Source of the DNA: Antalis vulgaris
Taxonomy: Eukaryota
Reading direction: 5' to 3'
Assembly (NCBI GenBank): GCA_977070855.1
Contig: OZ370866.1
Location: forward strand, 39,246,001 to 39,310,000
Length of the DNA stretch: 64,000 bases
Both the position numbers and the translations under genes were made by a program. This document shows, one piece after another, positions 46,851 through 59,701 of the stretch. Numbering within the stretch: the stretch's first letter is position 1; each line of letters begins with the position of its first letter. The notes beneath the pieces were generated by a model that did no database searches, was not told the DNA's origin, and saw nothing but the letters and a program-made list of their open reading frames with translations.

Positions 46851-49800
46851 CAAGTGATTGCCAATAATCAAGAGCAGTGGCGTTTCGGCCCATACTATTT
46901 TAAATTGTTGGGTTAAGTTAACAGTAGTGCAAAGAACCCATTATAAATGAGTCTCATGTCCCCGAAGACTTAAATTGCGATTTCTGAAAAAACACGTTTT
47001 TTTTTTAAAAAAAAATTCTCAAAAAACTCTTTTGTCCCATGAAAAACCACACAAATATGGATATCATCATAACCAGCTCGGCGAGCTCATTCTGATGACA
47101 CCGATATTTGTATATTACACTGTATCGGTAAAAGGGATGACTGATAAAATCCCCCAAGACATTACACACCCCCTCTCGTTGACATAATCCACCTAAATAC
47201 AATCATCCTGGCCTGGGCGGATCGTGGAATGAAAATACGACGGGGGGGGGCGGGGGCGTTTTTTGTGTGGGTGATCCAGGCTCCGGCAGCCGGACTATGA
47301 TTCGGTCCGTTTGAGAAAAATTAACACTGGAAAGACGCAGGCACGTAGCTAGGGTCAGATTTTTTTTTTTTTTTTTTTGGGGGGGGGGGGGGGGTGGGGG
47401 GCACAAACAATGAAAAAATTTTGGTCATTTTTTCCATTGATTTTTAAAAAAAACCTGAAGTCATCCTATTATTTGAAGTGTTTACTTGCGGGGATGGGAG
47501 TATGGGGCTATCAGGAGCGGACCCAGGATTTTGAAATAAAGGGAGTGCAAAGCCATATGATTTACCAGCATCATGCGAGCTGTGAAGCAGCGAATCGGTG
47601 GCGAGCACGAGACAGGGTATCCATCTCTCGTCAGGAGGGTCCTAGGTTATCCCCCTGGAAAAATATTTGAAAATAGAAGCCAACATGATACATTCTGAGG
47701 CATTTTGGTGTCGTATTACTTCGTATTCATGATGTGTATTTCAAGCAAATTCTAAGTGAATGACTGATAATGGGGAGAGCTGCATACTGGGTGCTGAGAG
47801 CTGCATACTGGGTGCGTAACGAGAGCCAAGCCGAATGTACGTACGTTTGCGAATAATGAATGGAAAATCTCTATGAGGGTAGGGTATAGGCGGCGCTTGG
47901 GGTCTGTTTATGACTGTGGAAGTGATGATAGTCTGGGTTCGGAAGAAAATTTTCAATTTTAACACTGAAAAAACGCGATTTCCTGACAACTCAGAAAATA
48001 ATTGTGCCCTTCACAGATATGAAATTTTCTCAGTTTTGTATAGAGGCAGCGACCGGCCACAGGTGGACTTGAGGGTAGTCACTGTATGACTGTGACTGTG
48101 TGACTAGCGAAGACGAGGAAATAATTCCAAGAAATGGTTGAAAAAACAAAATCTGACTCCTCGAAGTTGAAAATACCGGTTTTGAACGTAAACAATCAGA
48201 AATGGGCTGCACTGATGCTGTCTTCATCTCAAAAATGATGACGACTCGTGAATAAATATTATGGGAATCGAGAGCAGTGAGTATAATGTCTGTAATCTGA
48301 TTATTTATCTTCAAAATGATGTTTTAAGCGAGGCGGTCGACACAAAATTTAGTCAGACTAAAAACATGGAGACTCTCAGTGACCTGTGGGAGCTGGTGAG
48401 GGGAGGGGGGCAGCTCTATACCACAGTCATAGAGTGACTAACTTAAGGGAAGAGGGGGCGAACCCAACGCGTATCCTCCCATTGGCCGAAACATTTGCTC
48501 AGTTGTGTGTTAGTGCTGTACACAAAATTTACTATTCAATATTTTTTAAGTTTTCATTTTTGCTTCCAAAACATTGGTTATGGTCCCTCATAGGAACGAG
48601 CGTCTCATGCTCGTTCTAATGACTATTGGAGGAGCATAACCAAAACCATTGACGGAAAAAATGAACGTTTTAGTAAAAATGGATTCCACCGAAGTTGCAT
48701 GATTGCGCCGTGATATTCATACATCATGTTTATAATCCGAATTAAAAACATTTCAATTTTCAAGTCGCCATAAACACTCCAAAACAGACTTCCATTCTAT
48801 CAACAGTCACGCTGCTTTCTTCAAACTAATTTGCCTCTTGAAAAGAATAAAATCTTTCGATTCATGAACCATAGCTAATTATTACTCAATAGAGACACTC
48901 TTTAATTACTCAACAAGCTGTATTTCTAAGCGTTTCCGCTACACGGTATTACATTGTTTGATCGTGAAAATATAGCCTCGGGTCACAGTAGTAATAAATC
49001 ATTACACAAATGGCCAGACGGTTTGCAATTAATGAACATGTGGGCAGTGTGTCGAAATTTGACCAGGAAAAAAAAATTTTGATTCTCGAAAAAGTGTAGG
49101 GGTGAGCACAGCCCCCCCCCCCCCCCCCGTGCCCCACCCCCTTGGCTACGTCCCTGGAAAGACGTGTTTTCTGACATCTGAACGAATAATTGTGCCCCTT
49201 CAAGATGGAAATTTTCTCAATTTTCAATGGTCATGGTCTAGTGCTTCTAAAACATAGGTTGTGACCCCTTTTTGGAACGAGCGTCACGCTCGTTCCAATG
49301 AGGTGTCATAACCTATGTTTTGGAAGATAAAAATGAATATTTTTAGTTACACGTCATCATTCATCGAAGTGTCAGGATTGTGTGGAAATAGTCTTTACAT
49401 GACCTTTCAGAAAGTTCTGTTGGTGGGGGACTAGTACCCCTATGATCCACCCTTGCCCGACCCCGCCCCCCCCCCTCCCTCAACACACACACACACAAAC
49501 ACACACACATAAAAGTAGTATCCAAATACGGAATCTCCTCAAATTGCAACTTGCAAAGGCGGATTTAGAGGAGCAGAACCGGCGTGCGCCCCAACTATTT
49601 TTCTCCGGAAAGACGCCGAAACTATCTTCTAATAAACGTAAATATTTCAAATCTACTTACGAATTTATATCAAAACCCTGAGTTTAAAAATAGGTAACAG
49701 AAATGTGACCGTGCTCCCAACAGGAACAGGGGGAAACCCACGTCGGCGCAAATATCAACACCTCAGAGACAAAAGTATTGACTCCTCGGGAGTCCTCGCA

Positions 49801-50351
49801 GACATTTGTAGGACAGCTGAGCTAAGCTGTCCTACAAATATCTACGAGGGGTCAATATTTTTGTTCAATTTGGAAACCCTTGCTCATTTCTCTCACACAG
49901 ATTCGCGAATAGATGTTATTTTGGCCACGCCCCCTCTTTTAAAAATTCCTGGATCCGCCCCTGACTTGAATAATGACAATAATAACTATTGTGAATAGTT
50001 CAATTCCTTTATTACGCATACAGGAAGTCTATTTTTAGATCAAAAGAAAAAAAGATGCATGACGTCAGTTTAAAAAAAAATGTGAGCAGTGTCCAGAAGA
50101 ACACAATACTTGAGTTATATGTGGAATTATGAGCTTATCTTTATATCAATATAAGGATATCAGGTGTGGAGGAGAGTGAGACGCCCCCCCCCCCCCCCCC
50201 CTCCCGCTCCATTCACTCCATCAATACACTTATCACCCTTAACCCCAATTCTTAAATTAGAAGATTCGTCAGATGTATTTTGTGTTCCAATGAAACACTG
50301 TCAATTTTGCAACCAGACAGAACATATGTCATCGGATATTTTGCAGCGCCT

Positions 50352-50660
50352 GTGGTTCGATTCCCACCGGTGCCGAGATCACGTTGTGTCCTTATGCACG
50401 GCATTTAATCTCCATCGCCTAAGTGGTGGTACGATGACGCTGTGTGCTAAGACGTACTGCATGCCGATGTGCACATGCCCTCAACCACTCTAACCCTGCC
50501 TGTGGTGTACATTGTGTGGGGGTACGATGTTGGGGAGCTGGTAGGTGCTGTCGCCGCTCGGTGGTTCTATCCGGGTATTCCGGCCTCCTCCACTCGTAAG
50601 CTTGCTACCGACACGATATGACACTGGCTGTTAAAGTGTCGTTAAACACCAATAAATAAG
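50352..50660 (+). mobile_element. tRNA-derived SINE, 5'-truncated
   Basis: Starts at the B-box GGTTCGATTCCC. Shared body and tail. Confidence 0.8.
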
Positions 50661-51069
50661 TTCGTCAGATATTGCGTTCGTCGTTAGCTGACCACGAAGA
50701 CCCCCAACTTCTGCACAATTAATTATTGTATATAAACACGTAATAACTGCTGACCTATTATTTATATATAAACAGCTGGGGTAATAACGGATACATGATT
50801 GAAAGGAATCTCATTGACATACGATTTGGATTAATTTCAAGCATATGTTCATATTCCTGTTATATTTCTTCTTCCAGACGCAAGTCATTATCTTAGAATA
50901 TCCTTCACTTGAAACAGCAGGAGGCAAAAGTTTAATTTTATTCCTCATACACATGTCAAGTACGATAACTCCTAGAGGGCTACTGTAAACCTTTCAATTT
51001 TGGCACGATTTTGTTACGCCTCACAACTGGTGTGTTTTCTTCTCGAGTCCTTTCAGGGCTTGACATTAA

Positions 51070-51303
51070 CCCTATTCCCAATGATTGAAGCCTACCACAC
51101 TTGTAAAAAAGCGTTTAACTAAAAATTTTCATTTTTGCTCCCAAACATTGATTATGACGCCTCATTCGAACGAGCGTGATACGCTCGTTCAAATGATGGG
51201 TTATAACCTATTTTGGAAGTAAAAAGGAAAATCTAATGAAAATTGAATAACAATTTTCGTGTATAGAGCTGACCGGTTTTGACCGTTTTGTTTGGGGTAG
51301 GGG
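51070..51303. mobile_element. piggyBac-like TTAA MITE (family A)
   Basis: TTAA|CCCTATTCCCAA...GGGGTAGGGG|TTAA with the central hairpin. Confidence 0.78.
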
Positions 51304-51552
51304 TTAAAACAATTGTCTGGTTGCCCGAGTGAATGTCTCTTACTGGAAAGTGAACGTTATCTCAAGGTTGCCCAAATCGGCAAGTGAATTTATACTTTTC
51401 TATCGGTTACACGCGACAGATTCGTCGGAAAAAATAAATTTTATCGACAGTGATAAGTACAGGTTATCGTACGCCTTAGTCGAGGCCGCGGCAGCGGCCG
51501 AGCACTGTTGAACAACAACTTACATTAGTCAGTGGAGACCATCTTCTTTCAG

Positions 51553-51900
51553 TTATTTAATTATTGGTGTTTAGCGACACTTTAAAAACCATGGTCATAC
51601 CATGCCGGCAACAGGTTAACAGTGTACGAACCCAGAGTAGCCAGGGAGAACCACCGAGCAGTGACGAGTGTCTGGCAGTTCTCAACCTCATAGTGCTGGC
51701 GGGAGTTAGAGAAGTTGGGGACATGTGTACATCGTCGTGCAGTACGTCTCAGCACACAGCGCCATCGTGCCCCACCTAAGCAATGGGATTGAAGTGTCTT
51801 GGCCAAGGACGCAACACGATGTCGCCGGTCGAACTGGAACCCACAACCATAAGCTCTCATGTCCGTCAGCTCATTGACTGAGCCAGCGCACTACCTCGCT
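51553..51900 (-). mobile_element. tRNA-derived SINE
   Basis: Reverse complement of the SINE consensus (TATTGGTGTTTA tail ... ACTGAGCCA A-box). Confidence 0.78.
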
Positions 51901-52156
51901 CAGTTATTCAAAATTATAGTATGGTTAGTTTGCAAATGAACAATCCAAAGGCAACTACTCAAGTTTAATACTTAATGGAAAGCGTCTGCGACAGATAACA
52001 ATTCATCAAACAACCACTCAAATTTAGCGCCCAATAATCGCCAAAAGGGGCCACCTCTAGGCTCTAGGTCGCATATATTAATCATTGATCTAACTCTTTT
52101 TTTTCTTAAAAATAATGTTGAATTTCCAAGTTATTACCATATATGCCTCATACTAT

Positions 52157-52207
<51 letters not shown>

Positions 52208-52279
52208 TTTGTTTATTTATTTGTGTTTAATGACTTTGTAACATGGTGTCGGTGGCAGGTTTATGGATGGACGACGCAT

Positions 52280-54429
52280 AATCGTTCCCATTGCGTCACG
52301 TGGTGGTCAAGTGCCTAAAGTTTTGTTATAAGATAAGGGTAGATTTTGGGGTTATGTTAAATTGATTTTTGAACCATAGAGTGACCGAAATGAGCCCTAC
52401 ATTCGCGCATTTTAGCTAGAATTCCGTCGTTTTAGTGGTTTTGTCTTTGCCACGTTGGTTTCCAAGGTAGTACGTGTTGGTTAAGTGCCTAAACATCTAT
52501 ACAGGTGTATCTTTTGTGGGTATGTTCGAGAAAAACAGAGAATGGCCGAATTGAGCCGAATCTTGGTTAGATGGTTAGCAACCGGTAAAGGGGCAGGATA
52601 GGGATGAACCAGATGCGAGAGAGGCCACTGAGCCCGAGGTACGAGAGTGGTAGGGCGGCGGCGGTGGGGGACCTCAAGGACGAGGGGGTTCCATATTCTG
52701 GAACCCGTGTATTTCGTCAAATGTAGTCTATGGGAATCCATTTTCCCATATGAAGCAATGAAAGCCATGGAAATGAGCGCAGTGGGCGCATTTACATACG
52801 TTCCATAGACTCATTTCGGATTTCACAAGCCACACGTTACCCCTGAATGGCTTCTGTGGATCACATACCCTGGATTCTTTCCAACGAGCCTCTATTATTA
52901 ATCCAGTAATTTCTGTTTAAAGAAGGATCACTCTGACGCACAAACTGAAATTCTCGAATATGACTGGCCATTACATCTAAATGGGGGATTCTGATTGGTC
53001 AATCCCTCGTTAAACAGAAATTGCCCGGATTAATTTTAGAGGCTCGTTCCATGATATAGGATCCACAGAACGTGTGGCGTGTCGAATCTGAAATGAGTCT
53101 GTGAAACGTATGAATATGCGCCCATTGCGCTCATTTGACGAAATACGTGGATTCCGGGATATGGAATCCATAGAATCTATTTTAAGGGTAACGTGTAGCT
53201 TGTGGAATCCGAAATGAGTCGAAGTGTCGTATGAATTCGTGCTTATAGCGCTCATTTTCATTGCTTCATATCCTTAATTGTAGGACAGTATCCTTCAAGT
53301 TTAGAATAGTATCCTGCGAAAGCATCCGTCAAGAGGATATCGTTTTGGACAGGTATCCGTAAAAAGGCTATGAAACGTATAAATTTGAACTCATTGTTTC
53401 TTCATTTCCATAGCTTTCATTGCTTCATACGAGAAAATGTGGTGCTCATAGGGAACACTTCCAGTGGATTTCTACTACAATGGTGATAGGATAGAAATCA
53501 GGAATTCCAAATGAATTGGAGACAGGAAAAGGGATGGGAAAGGGAAAGGAGAGGGGAAAGAAAGTCGCCGCCGCCTTACATCTCTGAGGTCCCTTGGTCC
53601 CCCCCTCGTTCCTGAGGTCTCCACCGCCACCGCCCTTGCCCCCCTCGCCTCTTGAATCCCCTGGGTCCTCCTTGCCCCTGGTACTCCCCCTGCCCTGCCC
53701 CTTTACTGGTTGCTAACCACGGTCGGGTCAAACAACCCTGTACATGGTCGTATCTTCCAACGTGGTGAAATCACTAAACGCAAGAGTCGGGCTCATTCGG
53801 TTTTTCTTTGTTTGTCTCGGACATACCCACAAAATATACCCCCATCTCGACGTTATACCACGTACTAGCTTAGAAACCAACGGGGCGAAGCAAAATCCTT
53901 GAAAACGAGAGAATTCGTGTCAGAATATGCGAATGTCGGGCTCATTCCGGTCATTCGATAGTTCCCAAACCAATCAAACATGCCCCCCTCTCCAACCTAC
54001 CCTTATATTTTTACAAGACTTTTAGGTACCCAACCACCTCGTAACACCATGGAAACGACCATGGTGGAGCAAAATGTCTCTTAAATACGCAGAAGTCGGG
54101 ATCACTTCGGCAATTCTATACTACCGTAACACGCTCCCTTCCCATTGAACATACCCCTAATCTACCATCATCATATAGAAAGAGGTTTGGGCATGTGGCA
54201 ACTACTTGTCACCATGGAAACCAACATGGCGGCCCCCACACTACAACATGCCTGTCGGAAACACATGTTTTCATAACAGCACGCGCTATGCATGCGCCCT
54301 CAACACCACGTATCACCGGGGTTATGACAACACAACATGGCCGCCACCAATTACTTGACATGACGTCACTTCCTAGTTACGTCTCTTAGGTTTCGCGAAA
54401 GAGACGAGGTTCACCGACAATATACTACT
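52280..54429. mobile_element. Older, diverged gene-less Maverick-type fold-back relic; left terminus missing
   Basis: Right end ...TATACTACT at 54429, preceded by TIR-like motifs (CCATGGAAACCAACATGGCGG, ACGCGCTATGCA, TGACGTCACTTCCTAG). 52285-52345 is the reverse complement of ~53995-54055. Inner inverted pair 52770-52875 / 53048-53160. Confidence 0.68.
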
Positions 54430-54505
54430 GGCGTGTCGTACGACTATGCCACATATCAAATGCCAGCAAATAATAGCCATAGTCATCAGCGATTCATACT
54501 ATAAT

Positions 54506-55058
54506 TACTTGCGCCCCAGTCGGGAAGCGCAAGTACTGCGGTCAGTCGTGTGTGTCGCTTTGTCATCACAAAATCTCCGAAGTCACGCGGAGCTAGGAGC
54601 TGGAATTTGCACTGTTATTTTTGTTCCGCATTTGCTCGAATTTGATAGATTGATTTTTTTAAAATTCGCTATAATTTGATTATAAAGTGAAAAAGACACC
54701 TATTTTGCTACTTTTTCGAGGCTAAAAAATCGTAAAAAGGAGACGTCGCTGATGTCGCAAATAACATTTTGCGCGTCTTTTTTTCCAGCGTGTCGTTTGA
54801 AATCTCGCGGGCTGACGTCAATAACGCTGACGTCAACAAGTGACTCCCAGAATTGCTGCCCTGATCCACATGTATATTTTTATCGTAGTCATTGCATGAC
54901 TGTGGCCCAGCTGGAGTCCCTACCCCCAGCTTACCTCAAGGTGAGTCGGGGTAGGGACCCCATCTGGACCACAGTCATTCGATGATCATCATTAACCTAG
55001 AGTTTTGAAAAGCTGCAGCTGAGCGCAAGTTGGCATCTCTTTGAGTGCAATTCTAGTT
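54506..55058 (+). mobile_element. HINE-like family C copy (best preserved)
   Basis: Subterminal IR ACTTGCGC / GCGCAAGT, 3' hairpin GCATCTC-TTT-GAGTGC, end AATTCTAGTTT. Confidence 0.75.
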
Positions 55059-55770
55059 TGAACAAGGTTTGTCTGTCTGTCTGTTTCTTCCCCTGCGCCT
55101 TTGAGATATCTGAGCCCATTGTCACCAAACTTGCAGAGAGTGTGTATGGTGGCTCCGGAATCGCACTTGGGGGATTTGGTCGGTCGAAGGTCCAGGACAT
55201 ACGGGTCAAATGCCAAAAGTGCATTTTATGGGTATTCCACGGGAATGTGAAATGTCCATCACGGAGAACAACTCTATTTTGCGGTCTAATTACGGTCAAC
55301 TCTTCTGTGAGACGCAACTCTAATGAGCTTCCCCGGGACGGGTAATTGAATTGTATCACAGATTCATAATTTAATAAATCATTAACAGTTTTCTGCTGAT
55401 TTTGGACCAAAACTTCACGCTCATAAACATTTGTTGGAGTTACGGTCCTGACAGCATGTTCCTCTTAATGTGATAGGACAAACAGCCCTTTTATCTGGAA
55501 TATCACGCACAACAATTAGGAAACAAGTTGTCAGCTATGTGATGAACGCGAGATTGGAATAGTACGTGTACTTTACTCTTTGTTAATTATAAGGTAATCA
55601 TCTGATAACGGGATTTCCTTCCGCGATAACTGCAGCATATTAATAGTGCATTTGATAAAGCCACTTTTGTGGGCGAAGCGGCAAAACTGTTTGCAGTGAA
55701 GATACATGTAACCGACCATTCGAATGATTTTTTTTTCATTTCCATGTCGGTGCATGGAAAATAAATTTGT

Positions 55771-56392
55771 ATCTACTGATTATTTGGCATTTACTGCGAA
55801 AATGAACGAGACAATGGACATTATTGAGACACTAGACGGGGGACCGGCCTTGGGGGTCGTCGAATACGTTTTCCTTTTATTATCTACTGATTATTCGGCA
55901 TTTACTGCGAAAATGAACGAGACAATGGACATTATTGAGACACTAGACGGGGGACCGGCCTTGGGGGTCGTCGAATACGTTTTCCTTTTATTACTGCGCA
56001 TGCGCGAGGGTGTGTTCCCACTTGATGGTCGAAAATCACTACCCGCTGGACCGTATACATGCACGTTTCAGAGTGTTCGTCCCGATTGGTGATCGTGTCT
56101 GCGCATGCGTGAAGTCGATCACTACCCCAATTTTGAAAAGCCCGTGTCCTTCCCAGGGCCACACTCAACATTAATGCAAAATGTCGTCACGATCAGCCCT
56201 GTAGGTTTCGAGCTCGTTACTGCGCCTCCTCAAAGTCGGACCCCAACCCCGATTTGGAATAGCTTATGTCCTTTCGGGGCCCATACTATACACCCATATA
56301 AAAGTTCGTCCTGATCAGTGCAGCTGTTTTCGAGTCGATAGTTGAAAAATAAACAAACAAATAAACATAACCGACTCCTTTGATAGTATTGT
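55771..56392 (-). mobile_element. Helitron-like non-autonomous element with a 110-bp tandem duplication across its 3' junction
   Basis: 55771-55880 repeats at 55881-55990. ACTAG plus a GC-rich hairpin, TGCGCATGCG units and an (AAAC)n tract, as in 24882-25346. Confidence 0.5.
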
Positions 56393-56405
56393 CCGACCAC
56401 ATTAA

Positions 56406-57093
56406 CCCTATTCCCAACGCTTGAAGCAGACGACAGTCATGAAATTTTTTTCCGTACAACTGAAAATTTTCATTTTTTGCTTCCAAAACATAGGTTGTGA
56501 CCCCTCATTCGAACGAGCGTGTCACGCTCGTTCGTATGAGGGGTCACAACCTATGTTTTGGAAGCAAAAAATGAAAATCTAAAAAAAATTGGTTAGCGAT
56601 TTTGGGGCGTGGTGGCGTCTGCGAAACCGGTTCTCGTCAGATCACCGAAGTTAAGCAACGTCGAGCGCGGTTAGTCTGTGGATGGGTGACCATTCTGTGA
56701 TTGATTCGTACTCCCACGTTGTGTCCTTGGGCAGGGCACTTTACCCCGATTGTTCATGTGTGGGCACAATGACACTGTGTGCTGAGACGTACTGTACGCC
56801 AAGGTGCACATGTCTTCAACCAATCTAACCCTTCTGTGTTGTACAATGTGTGGTACTGCTGTGCAATGTGTAGTCCAGTGTGGGGTTATAACGTTGGAGA
56901 GCTGACAGGTGCTCGTCGGTGCTCGGTTGTTCTCTCCGGATACTCCGGCTTCCTCCACCCGTAAACCTGTCACCGACACGATATGACCCTGACTGTTAAA
57001 GTGTCGTTAAACACCAACAAATAAATTAATAAATAGATTAATGATTTTGTGCATAGCGCTGGCCGGTTTTGGTCGTTACATTTGGGAATAGGG
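56406..57093. mobile_element. piggyBac-like TTAA MITE (family A) containing a SINE insertion
   Basis: TTAA|CCCTATTCCCAA...TTGGGAATAGGG|TTAA with a long internal hairpin at ~56475-56577. Confidence 0.85.
56605..57035 (+). mobile_element. 5S-rRNA-headed SINE (SINE3-like)
   Basis: CCGGTTCTCGTCAGATCACCGAAGTTAAGCAACGTCGAGCGCGGTTAGT..GGATGGGTGACC matches the animal 5S internal control region. It is joined to the same body and tail as the tRNA-headed copies. Confidence 0.85.
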
Positions 57094-58136
57094 TTAAACT
57101 GAGATTGCGCAAAACAGCCTATTCATATATATAGAGAGATTTCCAAAGTTGATAAAAAAAACGTCAGGTAACCTTTACTCTATGTGCCTTACGATGCCTT
57201 GAAATAACAAACAGTAATAGTGAAGTCTATAAGAATGGAGGCTACTGGATTAAAAGTATTGGGTTTGAGCCTCACTTTGGGCGTCACCATATCACATCAT
57301 CGCTAATTTGAGTACGTGGTTTTCACGAAATAAATTACAATACTCTCGCTTTTCGCTATGACAAAATGTGTTCCTACATTGCCTTGGACATTTATAATAA
57401 AAGAGTACAAAATCCCTTGACGAAGAAATACATTAACAAATAGTTGCAAGACTCGAAGGAAAGGGTCACTGTATGGCCGTGGCATAGCTGTTATTACCAT
57501 CCTCTCGTGTGAGCTGCCGATAGGGGATGGGAACAGCTATTCCATGATCATACAATGACTAAAGAGAGAGGGGAGGGTGCTAAAATGTAAAAAAAAAGTA
57601 CAAAACATAAAGTACCCCCAAAAGAGCCTAATAGTTGGCTTGACCTCACAACCTATGGTGTGAGAAGCGGAGGTGTTCCCACTTCGCCACTCTTCGCATC
57701 TCATCGGCGATTGTATACAAAACACAGTTTTTTTAAACGCACAAGATACACCCCCAAAGGAATGCAACATTTTTCCCGGACAATGATAAATGACAATGAA
57801 TTGTCTCCCCTTTACTCACCCCTTGCAATCGAATATTTTCATCTGAATAATTTTTCCCTTTTTTCTGTGATAAATGTTTTGCACATTATGTTGTGTTGCT
57901 ATGTCAGCAGATATTTTATCGCCAACCGATTAAATGTTCACGTATTTGTCAAACTGCGTGACCGATATGCGACCGTACCGAGCGTTCGCGTGAAATCATA
58001 TGCCCTGACTTACGCCTTTATCTATATACTAAGGAATTTTTTAGTTTGCATGTACGACCAATTTTTGAGTCCCTTCCTATGGTCAGATTTGAATTTTGAG
58101 CCCAGATTAGGAATCCTTGAGTGAAGAGGGCTCTAT

Positions 58137-58195
<59 letters not shown>

Positions 58196-58231
58196 TACAC
58201 AAATATTACAAAATACGTGTGGAGAAAATAT

Positions 58232-58346
58232 ATAGAAAAATGTTTTGAAAATTTAAATAACTGAGAATAACATTCTGATCTGAAGTGCTGCACTTCAGAT
58301 CAGAATGTTATTCTCAGTTATTTAAATTTTCAAAACATTTTTCTAT
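58232..58346. repeat. Perfect palindrome, 57-bp arms, 1-nt loop
   Basis: Centre T58289 in GAAGTGC-T-GCACTTC. Flanked by (TTTA)n and a SINE tail. Confidence 0.95.
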
Positions 58347-58707
58347 TTATGTATTTATTTATTCATTCATTAGTGTTTGACGACACTTTAACACCCATCG
58401 TCACATGGTGCTGGTGACATGTTTACGGGTGGAGGAAGCCGGGTTACCGGGAGAGAAACACCGAACAGCGACAAGAACCTGCCATCCCCTCGACGTCATA
58501 TTCTGACGCAATACACAGCACAGACAGGGCTAGAGAGGTTGATGACATTTGCAGTACGTCTCAGTACACAGCGTCATCGTGCCCAGGTGGTCAGTGGGGA
58601 TATAGTGTCTTGCCCAAGGACACAACGCGATATCACTGTTGGTAATCAAACTATCGACCAAAAGATCTCAAGTCCAACACATTACCGACTGAGCCACCGC
58701 ACTCTCC
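58347..58707 (-). mobile_element. tRNA-derived SINE
   Basis: Reverse complement of the consensus; head CCGACTGAGCCACCGC. Confidence 0.78.
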
Positions 58708-59701
58708 TTTTTCTGTGATAAATGCTCTGCACATTATGTTGTGTTCGTGCACATTCAAATATAAAAGCCATGTCTGAAATTGCGCGCAAATACCTCGTCG
58801 GAACGTGCGTTTATCTGCGCGCTGAGACCATGATGAACCCACCTAGTTATGTACGCACAGCCTATATACAAGCAATGTGTCGGCCAAGGGGCCTCCGGTT
58901 AACCGGAGGTCCCTTGGCAGGCACATTGCTTGTCCTACTTGGAGTAACCGGGCTAATACGGCCTGCGTCATTTGGTATAGAAATTGCGTGCATTGCCAAC
59001 GCGCAATTAAGCCTAAATAAGCGCGCATTTCGGGTCAAGACTTCGACTTTTAGCTTTATATACCGCTTCTCGATATCCGTTGGTCTCGGGAAGTGACACC
59101 GGGCTCGTTGAGTTCAACTTGGTAGTCAAGACCTGTTTTGCTGGACCCAGTGTGGCATTACTGAGGAAGAAGTCCTCTACGCTGGACTGTCTGGACAACG
59201 TGGTCACAAATAATTCGGTAAACGTGCACTTATATCCATGCAAATGGATAACAGCTAGTCGTTTTGTCTACCATTAAGTTCGGCAAAGGGTTAACCCTTT
59301 TCTCAACATAACGACCAAAATCCGTCAGCACTATACACGAAAATCGCTATTCATTTTTTTTAGATTTTCATTTTCGTTTTCTAAGCAATAAATAAATAAA
59401 TAACAGCTGGTCGTTTTTTTTTCTACCATTAAGTTCGGCAAAAGGGTTAACCCTTTTCCCAACATAACGACCGAAATCCGTCAGCGCTATACACAAAAAT
59501 CGCTATTCATTTTTTTTAGATTTTCATTTTCGTTGTCTAACACATAGGTTATGCCCCCCCCCCCCTCCCATTCGAACGTGTGTATTACACTCGTTCGAAA
59601 TTGGGGATCATAACCTGTGTCAGTATGACGTCAGTGCATAGCCTCTAGTGTACGAAAGCACTTCGGGAACTGACCCCTATAAATAGTTAGATTTGTGGTA
59701 C

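Noticed and set aside
55724..56092. 122-aa ORF with an internal repeat
   Set aside because: It is produced by a tandem DNA duplication at a Helitron-like junction.
56626..56692. Functional 5S rRNA gene
   Set aside because: Only the central part is present, it is diverged, and it is fused to a SINE body.
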